Source: Lama glama (lineage: Eukaryota). From it: DNA of 64,000 nucleotides. Below, one piece after another: positions 42,721 through 56,612 of this stretch. Position numbers and translations under genes: made by a program. Below the pieces are notes generated by a model. That model saw only the letters and a program-made list of their open reading frames with translations. It was not told where the DNA came from and made no database searches. Every line of letters starts with the position of its first letter. Within the stretch, counting starts at the first letter, position 1. The DNA is taken from the NCBI GenBank assembly GCA_028534125.1, contig CM052817.1, positions 81,346,001 through 81,410,000 on the forward strand, in the 5' to 3' direction.

Positions 42721-43180
42721 ATGGCGTTATATTATGTTGTCAGTTTTTAAGGCTGAATAGTATTCCACGCCACTTGCAGCAACATGGATGTTCCTGGAGA
42801 ATGCCATTCTAAGGAAGTAAGCCAGAAAGAGAAAGAAAAATATTGTATGAGATCGCTCATAGGTGGAATCTAAAACAAAACAAAACATAAATACAAAACA
42901 GAAACAGACTCATAGACATAGAATACAAACTTGTGGTTGCCAAGGCGGAGAGGGGTGGGAAGGGACAGACTGGGATTTCAAAATGTAGAATAGATAAACA
43001 TGATTATACTGTATGGCACAGGGAAATATACACAAGATCTTGTGGTAGCTCACAGTGAAAAAAAATGTGACAGTGAATATATGTATATTCATGTATAACT
43101 GAAAAATTGTGCTCTACACTGGAATTTGACACAACATTGTAAAATATCTATAACTCAATAAAAAGATGTTAAAAAAAAAA
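42721..43180 (+). mobile_element. Young 5'-truncated L1 with an inverted 5' segment
   Basis: Sense GCAGCAACATGGATG...GTAAGCCAGAAAGAGAAAGAAAAAT through AATAAAA and poly-A at 43171-43180; 42721-42768 is antisense L1. Confidence 0.85.
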
Positions 43181-43949
43181 CAAGGGGAAAGGAAAAAGCC
43201 CCCCAAAACACCTGCTGATTTCTTCTCAGGGCCATTTTCTGTTTGGAGGCATATAGTAATTTTAGGTTCGGACTGAGAATCCGGCTTGGGCCACCCTGAG
43301 AGACTCTACCAGAGGAATAAAACCAACACAGCTTTTAGAGGTTAGTCATGTCTCTTTCAGCGAGCAGAGTGCAAATCTGAGATGTCCCTAACAAAGAAGC
43401 TAATTTTTCCTCAAGGTACATTTGCTAAATTCTGGGCTGTACTTAAAAAGTTGGGGAACTAGGAAGAGTGTGTCTAAAAGCCAGCATGAAATCCCCTATA
43501 GTCCGTATGTTGGAGACAAAATTCTGCTAAAGAAGGTACTTGGTTTAAATACAAAACCCATCTTCTTTAAGACATTTATTAGAATTTGAAAGTATAAATA
43601 TAAAGGGCAGGAAGTTAAAGGACTAATTATTTCTTGGGAAAGAAGTGAATTATCAACAGTCTTTATGGAGCTCTCAATCAAAAGCTTAGAAGGTCCACAC
43701 CAAAATAACTGAAATAAAGTAGCAGTCTTACTAAGATGACAAAGAAGCCCCAGTCTGGCTGGATCCCTGGATACATTAGCCCCTCCCCCTATCTGCCCAA
43801 TGGTGAAAAAGGGAAACCTGCCCTGATGAAAGATAGTGCCTGGAACTCTACTGTCATTTAACACACTATCTGACATACAATCAAAAATTATCAGACAGGA
43901 AAAGGGCAGAAATATGTGATCAATAATCTACAGGAAAGAGAGACAATAA

Positions 43950-45150
43950 ATACAGACTCAAATAATCCAGATATTATTGTTAGCATAGGCTAAAATAACT
44001 ATGATTAAAATGTTAAAGAAAACAGAGTAGACTGGAAAAAATGGGTAATATATATACACCTATATATAAATGGATAAAAGATGAAGAATTTCAACAAAAA
44101 ATCCAGAATCTATAAAAACTAAGAATTAAAATTCCATTCTAGAACCAAAAAAAACAAAGATGTGTATCTGATGTTAGGAACTCTTTGGATATATTTAATA
44201 CCATCCTGATTACAGCAGAAGATAGAATTAGCAAATTAAAAATAACAGACCACTAGAAAATATGAAGCATGAAAAACTGAAGCATGAGAAAAGAAGGCTA
44301 GAACAAACAGAATTGCATGGAAAATACACATGGGACATGTTTAAAAGGTACAGCATACATGCAATTGTGGTCCCCACAAAAAAGAATCAGCTTGAAGCAA
44401 TAGCCAAAGAGATAATGGATAATACTTTTCCAAAACTTATGAAAAACATCAATCCATAGATTTAAGAAACTCAGTAAATCCCAAACAGAAAAACTACCAA
44501 GAAACCACACTTAAGCACAACAAAGTCAAACTGGGGGTAAAAAAGAGATAGAAAGAGAGAGAGAAAAGAAAAAAAAAAAAAAAGAAATCTTAAAAAGAAG
44601 CAAAGAAAAAAAGGCATTATCATCAAAGAACCAACAAGACATCAGAAAATTTTTCAACAGAAGTCAAGATATATAAGACACACTAAAGATATCTTTAAAA
44701 TGCTGAAGGAAACATACATACATTCACACAATCCTCTAAACCTCTAACCCGATACCAAATGGAAATATCCTTTGAAAGTGAAAGTGATCAGAGAATAACA
44801 ATTAAGGAGTGAACTGAGGAAGGCTGCTTTGTGACAAGGTCAATAGACAAAAATCATTTGAATCCCTACACACTAACATTAAGAGATACATAAAATAGTA
44901 TTTACAAACTATTATTTATAATAGCACCAAAAAGTCAAACACTTGAAAATAAATCTAATCAAAGATGTACTGGACCTGTGCACTGGAAACTATAAAGCAT
45001 TTCTGAGGAAAATTGAAAAAAAAAAAACCTAAATAAATAGAGGGATATACTATATTAATGGATTAGGGGATTTAATACTGCAAAGAGGTCAACTCCCACA
45101 AATTAATCTAAAGGATTAATGCAATCCTAATCAAAATCTCAGCCAGAGTA
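43950..45150 (+). mobile_element. Degraded L1 ORF1/ORF2 fragments
   Basis: Remnant ORF EAIAKEIMDNTFPKLMKNINP resembles L1 ORF1; AAATAAATCTAATCAAAGATGTA ORF2-like motif. Confidence 0.75.
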
Positions 45151-45359
45151 TTTGTGCACTCAGTCTCTTATACAGCCTCTAACCATACCCTCAGAAGAGA
45201 ATGAGAATGGAAAAACAAATACTGTGTATTATTTTGAAAATAATTTCGACCACACTTGGAGAAATACTAAATCATCCATGCCCCACATGCCTAGATGTCC
45301 ACTGTATATTTCTTTCTTCTCAAACCTCCAATACTTCCTTTTCCCCCACCCTCACACCC

Positions 45360-46670
45360 AATGATTGACCTTGCTTCCTAGACAATAAAAATGTATTTAA
45401 ATAAATAAGTATAAATAACATTCAATAGATAAATGTTTGCATGCCCTCACATGCCCGCGCACACACACACACCTCTAAGCATATATAATTAGAAGAGAAC
45501 TTCCACACACTCACTGGAACACTCCACCAACTCACCTGCATTTATATCTACATACTCTGCCTTCCCTCGTCAAACTATGGATAAACCATCTGTGCTCCTA
45601 TCCCATCCATTCAAATAACAGATCCTATCCTGTCCTATCGTCTCAGTGACATAATTTCCAGCAGTTTACCCATTCTCCCTTCAATCACCAATCTCATCTC
45701 TTCTTTATCACCCTCAGATCCATATCCTTCTCTAGCTGTTATTCAACTTTGCTACTCCCCTTCTTCACAACAAAATGCCTCAAAAATTCTGCCCATATTT
45801 ACTGCTATCTACTCCTCCCATTCACTCATGATCCTATTATAATCAAGCTTTATTTTCCACTCCACCTATACCCCAAGACCTCCATGTTACTAAAATGCAG
45901 TGCTCAATCCTCAACTCAACAAATACCTGACACAGTTTATCACTTCCTCCTCTAGTGACGCTGTCTTTACTTTGTCATTTGGCTCCCTCCTCCTTTTACA
46001 CTAGCTACTTTTTCTTCATATCTTCCCAACTTTCGAATTTTGAAGTACATTAAGGTTCAGATCTGGGATCTTCTCTCTTCTCTATTTACATTCATTCCTT
46101 ACATAAGCTCATTAATGCTCAAATGCCATCTACATTCCATTGAAACCAAATCTATACACACAGACAGCACCTCATCTTTGAATCTAGCCTTGTAAATCTA
46201 ACTGCTTACCTAACTTCAGATGTCTCATATTGAACATACTCAGAACTAAACTTCTGACCTCTAATCTCCATCTTTCTCCTCCGTTAGTCTTCTCCGTTTC
46301 ACTAAAGGACAAATCCATTCTTATAATTTCTGAGACCAAGTATCTTGGAATCATCTGTACCCCTCTAGTTTTCTCATACTCCACTGCCCAATGTGCTATC
46401 AGATCAATCTTAAAAATAATCAGAATACAACTTCCACCACTTCACCTACGTCCAAGCACACTGTCTCTCACACCTCCATTGCCTCATTGATCTCTTACTG
46501 TTTCCTGGCTTCCACCTTTACCACCCCAGTTCTCAACACAGTAGGCTAGTATGATCCTTTAAAATATGAAGTCATAAGAGGTTACAACTTTGTTTAAAAG
46601 ACTTAATGGCTTCCAATCTTCTCAAAGTAAAAATGAATGTCCTCACAACAGCCTCCAAGTCCATACATCA
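45360..46670 (+). mobile_element. L2 fragments
   Basis: C/T-rich; CTGACACAGTTTATCACTTCCTCC and GATCCTTTAAAATATGAAGTCA L2-like motifs. Confidence 0.65.
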
Positions 46671-46953
46671 TATGACAGCTAAGTATGCAACCTGGAATAA
46701 CCCTTTACTACTTACTCCTAATAACATCCCACCAGGATACCCAAGAATGTTCTAAACAGCACTGTCTTATAAGGTGAAAAAATGGAGTGCATCTTAAGTG
46801 AGTATCCACACAACAATAAATGAATTGTAGTATAAAGAATGAAATTTTATACTGTGTACATCCAATATGTAATAACATGGATAAACATTAAAAAAAAGTT
46901 GCACAGAAAATGTTGCTGAATAGTGGGAGCAACACAACACCATTTACACTGAA

Positions 46954-47394
46954 TAACAGTTTTCAAAATGTGGTCTGGGGATCCCTAGGAGTCTCCTATT
47001 CAGGGTCATAATAAAACTAAGATGTTATTTGCCTTTTTCATTCTTGTTCTCTCTCAAGGATAAAGTGGAGTTTTCCAGAGGCCGCATGCAGAAAGAGAAA
47101 AATGATAATCCAACTGTCTTTTATTAAGCCTAATATTAAAAAGATTTGCAAAACAATGTAAAACAATGCCACTCTTGAAGTGGTTCTTTTCTTTTTTGGT
47201 CTTGAACAATATATTCTTTAATTAAAATGTTATTTATGCTAATATGTAATAGCCTTACTATTATTAAATATATTATATATTTAAACATTAGTTTAAATTT
47301 CAATTAAGCAAATACTGATAGATAAAATCCACATAAACAAATAATTTTTAGGCATATAAGGGGGACCTAGAATTAAAAAGTTTGAGAACTGCTG
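46954..47394. mobile_element. Charlie1-like hAT DNA transposon remnant
   Basis: Imperfect terminal inverted repeats TAACAGTTTTCAAA / TTTGAGAACTGCTG; internal CATAATAAAACTAAGATGTTATTTGCCTTTTTCA. Confidence 0.65.
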
Positions 47395-48999
47395 AAATGG
47401 AATAAAAAATGTACAAAACTAGAGCATGTAACAAGTATGTGTGCATACATAAACATCCCCCTGTAGTCAACTGCAGAGAAACTAGTCAAACTACATAGAC
47501 ATAAAAAGTAACTCACAGAAGGGAGTCAACTATGCCGTGTGAGTAGGTAAGAATTAGAAAGAGATACTTGGGGGGGGGCTTCAAATGTCAATTATTTTTT
47601 TCTTTAAAACAAAAACAGGAAACACAGATTTAGAACAAATATGGCAAAATGGGTAAGTTCATGCATGTCTGTTAACTTTCCTGTATAACTGAAACACATT
47701 GGGGCTAGGAGCAATCTATCATTTCCTTCACAAATTTATTTTCTACAATTTCTTCCCCTTTAGTGCGATTTTTTTCCCCTTTCAATTCCTGTGAAGTCCA
47801 CAGTTTGCAAGCAGCATCTTGTTAAAGTAGCAATTTAACAAACATATTAACTGAGATTTAAGCTACAAAAGTTTCTTTCTCCTTTCTAAGTGAATATGAA
47901 TTTTAAATGCCAATCTCTGAAAGACTGATAGGAATTCTACAGATGAAACTATGGTTTTATAGAAGAAAGGCAAAAGATGACCTCATATGACTCACATCAC
48001 ATCCCATAAATATGATGCTATCAAAAAGATTTTCCACTTGATAAAAATTAATTTCAACACGAATATGATACTGATAAACTAATCAAAAATACTGGTTTAA
48101 AATGGATCCTTTTCATGTTTAACTATATCATCTGTATGTATAAATTACTCCACAGAAAAATATAGACTATTCAAAACAATATGGTTAGAGCAACACATTA
48201 TCAATATGACAAAATTACAAATGTTTTAAATTAAAATATAGTTATACATTAATTCAGGAAATACTTATTGAGTCTCTACTACATTCTAAGCCTCAGAGAT
48301 ACAAAGGCACAAGACAGACAAGTACTCTGCTCACTCCAGAAACAAATGCACAAAATAATTCCTAATCATGACAGGCATGGAAAATTAAGAAATAAAGAAA
48401 ACAAAGTGGGATGATGTGATTTAAGAAAAATGACTGGATGTGGAGACTTCTAAAGACTCAGTGGACAAGGGACGCTCTCTGCAGAGGTAACATTAAAGCT
48501 GGTACACCTAAGTGAGACCAGAGCAAGCAGCCAAATAAAAATCTGTTGGCCGCAATATGACTTATTTCAGAAAAAGCGTAAGGACCACATGAGCAATGAA
48601 CAAGGGTGAAAATGGTACAAGCTGAAGTCAAAGGCTAGGCAAGGGCTAGACCAGGTAAAGCGTAGATTTTACTCTGAAGGTAGTGAGAAGCTATCTGCAG
48701 GTTTTAAGCAGAGAAGTAATAAGATCTGACACTCTAAACTGCTTTGTGAAGATAAGACAGACAATGACAGCAACCAGATCAGTTAGGACGTCACTGCGGA
48801 AGTCCAGGCAAGGGATAATGGGAGTAGCAGCAGCGGAGACGAAGAAGAGTGGAGGTATTTTCTTTACCTTGGAGATAGAACAAAAGTAGCTGATGGATTG
48901 AGTGTAGAGGATGAGTGAAATTGAGGAATCAGTGAAGACTCCCAGATTTTTGATGAAAATTAATGATTTTCTAGTTGAAATATTATTTCGTTAGTTTTT

Positions 49000-49432
49000 G
49001 TATTGTTAGCTATTTCCTCAACAGTGGCATACCACAACCCACCCCACAGCCCAGTGGCTTAAAATAGCAATCATTTACATTTTCTCCTATGCTGTGTGTT
49101 TGTTGTACTCTAGGCCTATTGTCCAGCTTCAGGTTGAGTCTGGTTTGCTCCATATCTCCCTCATCTTTTTTAGACCAGCAGGCTAGCCAGAATATGTCCT
49201 TCTTATGGTGATGAGGCACAAGAGGACGAGCCCCATCACGCATGCACTTATTAAGCCTCTATTTGGGTCCTTTCTGCTAACAGCCATCCCACTGGCCAAA
49301 GCAGATCACATAGCTGAGCCAAAATCCAAGGGCAAAGATAGAGACTTCTCCCCTAGTAGAAGGACCTGCAATACCATATCCCAAAGACCAACCACGGAGA
49401 AAAGGAGAACAAAAGCAAGTAATTCAATCCAC
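49000..49432 (-). mobile_element. MLT1 (MaLR) solo LTR
   Basis: CAGTGGCTTAAAATAGCAATCATTT and CCACTGGCCAAAGCAGATCACATAGCTGAGCC motifs. Confidence 0.75.
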
Positions 49433-50451
49433 GTTACTTTCTATGTATTCAAATCATGAGTCATAATTGTAAAAGGTCACCAGCTTTAGGGAAGTTCCAA
49501 ATCGTTTTTCCAAGATAACCACAAATAAGATATAATTGGTTCTCTTAATTAAGACTTATTTTTATTAAGTAATTACATGAAAATTTTCAAATTCTGTTTT
49601 ATTGCCAAAGACTATATATTTAGCTGTTTCACATGTATTGGAGTGAAAAATGACATTAAGAATATTTCTGAGATTAAGATAACATGAAAGAGAAAAGTCA
49701 GTTTGAAATTTAAGACAATTATATATAGTATGGTCAAAGACTTAAAAAAAAAACTAGAGGGTAAAGATGGGCAGCCAAATGGAATATGCTTCAAAGATTT
49801 TTTAAGGGGATAAAAATAAGTATTTACTTATTTTACTTAATCAAATCAAATCATTTCACTGTATATAAACTTTTATTTCTTAAATTTCTAAAAGCAAAAT
49901 TGCTGAAAACAAAGTGAAGAACTAAAACAACAAACTTTAAAAAGTCAGCAATGTATATGGTCAATAGCCTTACTATGTATATGAAGTTCTTATGAAACAC
50001 TAAGAAAAATAAGAATATTCTTACTTATTCACCTCTCTTATCAACTTTAACACTGTCTCATAGGCTTAAAAATATTTCTTGAAACAATAAATGAGCTTAA
50101 TGCATTCTGATGAAGTCTGGGAAAATGATACATGCTTTAGATGGAAGAGAACCAAATTATGAAAAGCTTTTTCAGTCAAGCAGAGAAATTTAAATTTGTT
50201 GTATAGATTATCACGGGATCAGAGGAATACTAAAGAAAGCACTGTTTTCCTATGGTTAACTGGCCAACTGTAAGCAAAATGAGTTACAACACAGAGAGGC
50301 TAGAATTAAGCAGAGTACCTAGGAGGTGATGCACAAAAATTCTAGATTAGGGTAAAAGAATTCAAGAAACATTCCAAGAAAATTATAAAATATCATAGGA
50401 TAGAGAAGTATAATAGAAAATAGTAAAGAAAACTCCAGAATCTAGCCTGGG

Positions 50452-50602
50452 CAGTGCTGCTTAAACTTCAGTGTGCACAGAATTCACTTAGGGATCTTAT
50501 TAAAAGACAGATTCAGTTCAGTAGATTTGAGATTCTGCATTTCAAATAACCTCCCAGATGATGTCAATATTGTTGATCTTAAAATCATACTTTTAAGTAG
50601 AA
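50452..50602. mobile_element. MER5-like hAT MITE
   Basis: CAGTGCTGCTTAAACTT...GAGATTCTGCATTTCAAATAACCTCCCAGATGATG. Confidence 0.75.
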
Positions 50603-53589
50603 AGAGTTTAGGAAGTAAGAGTAATTATGGAACAACTTAGATAAAAAGAGTCAGTTTTCCCAGAACCCCAGATAACAATCAAGCCTCATATTATATGCTT
50701 TCTTATCATCCTGTGTCCCTCCTTCCTACCACTTACCCAAGCTGCATTTTCACACTAATTTTTGTGATTATTTGTTCAATGTATTTCCCCCCACTTAACT
50801 CAAGGTCCTGTTTGGCTCACCACTTTAGTCCTAATATCTGGACATCAGCACACATCCGGCACAAAGCAGGAGCTGAATATTTAAGAAATGAGTAAGTCAA
50901 TGAATAGACATGCTAATTTCTGTATGCTGGACTGAACAGAGGAAGGTAAGTGAGGGACACACCGGTGAAAAGATATATGTTGATCAGAATGAAGAGAAAG
51001 GCTACTGATGTAGCTTTCATTGCTATCATATTAGACATGAGCATTGGTAGTCACGGAAGTAAATAAAATCACTGAAGGAGTACATACAGAGGGAGAAGAT
51101 CTAAGAAAGCTTTGCTGGACGAACACCCAGAAAGAACCGAGAGGAGTGGCGACCAAAGAATACAGTCAGACAGGGGCTTCTGAAAGGAAGAGTACACATA
51201 GTGAAAAAAGTTCTAAAATCCATCACCTAAGGCTAAAGATAGACTGAGCAATGGATTCAGAAGCTATTATGCATAAACAGCTTTCTGTGAGTACACAGAC
51301 GCAGAAGTCAGACTTCAGGAAGTGAAGAGGAAGATGGAGTGACAGGGAAGAAGTGGCAGCACCTGTGTATACAAATTCAAGGTAATATGACAGTAATTTG
51401 GGGGGCACATAAAATTATAGTGTTTCTTAACTCAGAGAGATAGAAAACATGTTCAAGTTTGAAAATGCCCACAGGAGCCAGGCTGGCATATGTCAACAGA
51501 TAAAGTGGTCCTGGTATAGAATGACAGAGACCAGAGGAAACTGAGTCAAATTAGACTAAGAAGGCCCCATATAAAGACAGCAGCTGACTCGGCACCACCA
51601 GATTACTGCTTCAAAGGAATGAGGACATAATATTGTCAAATTTTTCCATATTTTCCAAGAAAACCCCCAAATATGGATAGGTGTGTGAAATTTCCTGAAC
51701 TGGATAAAAAATATATTCAACCTGTAGAGTACCACTTTACTCTCTCTGGTCCCAAAAAAAAATCTGAGTTATCAAGAAGTAAATAAAAGAATGGCCAAGC
51801 AGAATTAAGAATGTGGCCGATCTTAAACAGTGTAAGTACGGAACAAAATGTTATGCCACTAGAGTAGAAGTGATTAAATGCTGAGGATTGGCTCAGCAAA
51901 TGATAAAAGTACCAGGAACCAAAGGAAGCAACACTTAGACATGAAGTACAAAAGAGAGAGAGCCTATCTAGGGTAGAAAGGAAAGATTTTAGGAAGGGAA
52001 AGTGGGATGGTTTGAATGAATGGAAGTTCATATCAAAGTCAAAATAACATAGTTAAGAGTTGGAAAACAATTCAGTGAAAAGTGACACTCTTACACTAAA
52101 AGAAATGTATAATTTTGATTATAAAAATTACACTGATTCATTTATTTTATTCAAAATGTGAACATAAAGACATGTTTGCAAGACCTTTTAATCTGACAAT
52201 ATTTAAGAATAGATAATGACAGTTATCTTAAATAGTCTTAACGATACAAGACAAATAATGGGAATATTTTGCCTTGAAAATACGCCACAACTGAGGGTAA
52301 GTAGGAGGCACAAGTTTCAGTCCCATTCTGTTCTTTGCCCTTTTGTTGAGTCTGCCAAAAATATTTGAAGCCAGTTGAGACAGAAGTAGACATTGGCCAC
52401 TTAAAACTATCTGGACCAATGCCATATTTATGCATGCTAAAAGCAGACAACAGGCTAATAAATTAATAATCACTATACAAGTCTGACCTGCGTTTAAAAC
52501 TGACCTAAACAATATAACATTTCAATTTCCTTTCTTATGCAAGAATTTCAGCTGTTCTTCAGTCGGATTCAAAGATATCCTAGATAGGTAAGTAGCACCA
52601 TTCACTCATTCAAATGATAATCATTTTGCACTTACTATATGCAAAGTGCTGTTCAAAGCACTATAGTAAACATAAAGTATTAATCAGTCATAAATAATGT
52701 CATGAAGAAGCATATGCCTAATAGAGGAAACAACAGAACGTGTCTGCATAAATAATTACAAAAGAAGTTAAAAATCTAAAGAGCTACAAATAAAAAACTA
52801 TGAAATGTTCAAGGAGAAGGAGCTAAAAAGATTAGAAAGAAAATTCCACCATTTAAGGATCCCTGTTCGACATTAGAAAAAAAGTCAGAATTCAGTCTTC
52901 CAGCTCCCAATACTTTTCTAAAAAGCCATTGTTCTCTCTCACCACTAACACAACTTTTCTGTTACATTCTCAAAGTTTAGAGTCATTCATACTTAATTCA
53001 TCACAATTTTACTCCATTTACACTTAATTTGTGGTACCCCTGAAGAATGTTCAATTAAGTCCTGTCAACATACACAAAACAAAATCTTTTTACTCTACCT
53101 GAAAAAACTGATATCACACATAGAAAACTCACATCTGGCCTTGCAGACTGTCAACCAAAAACAAAAGAGAATGATATCCATCAGGAACATAGATTTGTAT
53201 TCCCACTCCACATCCACCTAAATCTTCAAAAAGACCCTTGGGGGTTCAAGGACCATGACAGTCCGGTTCAGAAAGAAGTTGCTGGTTGAATAAAACAACC
53301 ATCTTCAGCTGTGCTTCTAAACCAGTCACAGGATCTAAAACCACTAGCCCCTCCCTCATTCCCTAACATAGATGCCTTGATCCTTCTGTCAAAAATAATT
53401 GGAATTTGTTTTACAATTATAAGGCTATTAGCAAACTCTAACTCTAGAAAAGACAATTCAACACAAAACACAAAATTTTGCAATAAAAGCCTGAAGTGGG
53501 AGGCAGAAAGAAAGAAATCAGCCTTTGGTTCTCAAAATAAGTAAAAATATAATTGTCATCAACTTATTTCCACCAACAGAAATGGAAAA

Positions 53590-53704
53590 AATATACATTC
53601 ATATACATATATGTGTGTATATATACATGTATATATGTAATATACATTTTTATATATTATATGTAATATATATTTTTATATATATAGAATATATATATAT
53701 ATAT
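53590..53704. repeat. Degenerate (TA)n low-complexity tract
   Basis: Read directly. Confidence 0.8.
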
Positions 53705-56100
53705 TCTAAATGTAGTAACAATAGCTTTGTACTTTAACCAGTTAAGAAAGAAAAAGGGAAAAGAACAAAAATTAGAAATTAACGTGACTTCATTCATAAT
53801 TCCCTATAGCAGGTGATATAATTAATTGCATCAGCAGTAAAATGTTCATATGTTGCTTGAACACTATAACAATTATTCATCCAAAGTGTTACTTCTCTTT
53901 ACAGAAATGAGATAAATATTAGTGTGATAACTTAAAGCTCCATGAAGACAGGGTATTTTGTCTGTTCTAGTCACTGATTTATCTACAGCTGAATTCTAAC
54001 CTAACACACAGTCAGTTCTCAATAAATATCTCCAGCTGAACTATGCTTAAACACAAAAGGCTCTCAATAAACATTTGCTGTAGGAATGAATGAATGAATG
54101 AATGTCAGAAAACATTTCTTGACAACTAAATCTCAGAATCAACAGAGTATACTCTACCACATCAGAAGGGAAAGAAAGTACAATATTTAACTAGATTAAC
54201 ATGAAGTTCCTTTCAGTCTTTTTTTAATTACCATGAAGAAAATGTGATTTCAAAAAACTGGTAATTAAGTTACCACTTAGCTATATGACTTCATGTAAGA
54301 AGTTAGCTTATGGTACTACATATTGTATATAGTATCATTAAGGGTAAAAAAAATAGGGATAAAAATTCGGAAGTATAACTGAAAAAAATAGATAAAAAGC
54401 ATTAACTACTGAATCACTTTGAAATTTCTCCAACTTTGTAGATCTTTGAACAACTAAGATTTTTCTTTATCAATTTTCTATTTCTGTCCAATTGTTTCAC
54501 ACATGAATATATGAAGCCATCAATATTATCAAGTGTTAGATGTTAAGAAAGTAAAGATACACAAACTGGTTTGGGAGGATTTTTTTTGCCAAAAATGAAA
54601 AAAAAAAAGCTTCTCTTTGTTTATATTTCATCTCCCATCATGTTATAATTAACTACTTTCATTTCTGTCTCCCTCAAAATGTTGTTAACGCCTTGAAAAT
54701 AATTTTTTTGCTCCATTGTCTACTTGTTCAATTACACCCATCCCAACCTAAATAAAATATAATCCTATAAAAATTCTCTAAAGTCCTTCTCTAACAAGTC
54801 AACCAATCACTAATAGAACCTTCAATAAAATCCTAACTATTTGTTCAAAAGCAGAGGCCTTGATCATCTAATGCCATAGACTATGTAAAAATATTTCTTT
54901 TTAACTTTCGTGTTCTCATGTCTGCATTTGAGTGTCTTAAAGGAAATGTATCTCTGTGAATTATCAGAAACAGTTGTTCCAGTACCGAAGTTACCTCATT
55001 TACTTAATGATTCATTCTCCAGGAAAAAAGAAAGTGACCCAGGTTTTTGAAAGATCCAGTAGAAGATTAAGTTAAGGGCACCAAAATGGTCAAGTAGAAA
55101 GACTAGGTTTTCCCTACCCAAGTACAGACTGGGAATACAAAATGATTAGCTCCTTCTGTCAATCAGAAAATCAGTACTGGTGTGATTTTACACACAGCTC
55201 TATTTGCTTCTTATTTCCCTTCAATTAGTAACTAAAATTCACACAGGAAAAAGAAACATGTAAAAACCATCTGAGTAGAAGAATCTTTTTCAAGAAAATC
55301 TCTGATACTATAGAGTAAGATTTGCTCAAAATCAGAATATATCAAAAATAAGGTTAGCAGACTTGATTGTAAATATTGAAAGGTATTAGAAATGTACACA
55401 CTAATTCCAATCAAATTAATTGCATAATTACATAATTTAGTTAGACTAAGTTCAGCTTAGACTAAACTCTCTGAAACATTTTCTAAGGTGTCAATAAATT
55501 CATAGTTTATGAAACTACTTATAAGAAATGAAAATTCAACTCTCCACCTAGTGATAGTATCCCCAGAAAAAGTAGTAAGTCAAGAGGAAAAGAGTTATAT
55601 ACAGAGACCTGAGTCTCTTAAAAGGAAAGTTTCCTATTAAAGACTACATTATTGATTTCATATACAGTGATTCCATATTGAACACTGTCCATCAAACCTG
55701 GCATCTCATATTTGTGACAGAGGCATCACCTAACAGATTTCCTCATTAATTTAAGAGTGATATAACAGTTTTAACTCTAATTTTGATGGCTAACATCAGA
55801 AGATAACAGATTTGCCTTGATTTTTATTGGACGGCACTTACACATTAAAAAGTCTGCAAGAATATAACACCTCTCATATTAAGTTTCTTCAGTGCTTCAC
55901 ATTCTGTTACTAAACAAGTAAAAGACATATTTTCAATCCATATCCCTGTAATATAAGGCTTAAATTTTATTTCCTTCAACATTCAAAGTAAACAGGTGTA
56001 TTCGCAACCACAGATTTTACCCAAATATACAGCAGTACTAAAAAAAAAAAAAACTTTAATTTTTGCATAGAAACTGAAACACTGACATTCTTACTGTTAC

Positions 56101-56612
56101 CTTTTAAATGCTTCAGCTGGGTTTCTCTCACATTCCCCGGGCTGTAGGAGGCTTTGAACTGCTGGATCCCTTAGCTTGTCCTCATATCCTTGGAGTAGTC
56201 CACTGCGGCAGATCTGGGCAACCAGACCTCTAACAAACCCTCCGACACACAAAGTATCAGAGTCCTGGGCCTTGCAGAAATGAAAGGCCAAAGCCTGGCG
56301 ATGTAGACCTCTCTGCAAGCTTGTAGGTGAACTTGGCCACAAGAGCTCAGTGCATAGGGCTGTCTTGCCACTGCCAGGCCCTCCTACCAATAACACACCC
56401 CAGGCAGCTCCTTTTCCAGAGACAACACTAGCATTATTCCCAGAATTCATGACAAGGGGTGGTGTGTTGACAGCACTGTTGCAGCAGTTAGTTTTCTCCT
56501 GGAGGCAATGCTGAAGCTTGTGGAAAACCCACTCCCTACAGTAAAACTGCTTCCCCTGCAGTAAACTCGTTTGAGCCATTTTGCAGACTTTCTCTTCCCA
56601 AGGATTAGTCAT
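56101..56612 (-). CDS. ANKRD50: ANKRD50 first coding exon (coding part of exon 2; aa 1-171, contains Walker A GGPGSGKT)
   Basis: [31 protein letters not shown] matches the N-terminus I recognise as ANKRD50. Donor AAG|GTAACA with GT at 56100-56099. 512 nt, ends in phase 2. Confidence 0.95.
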
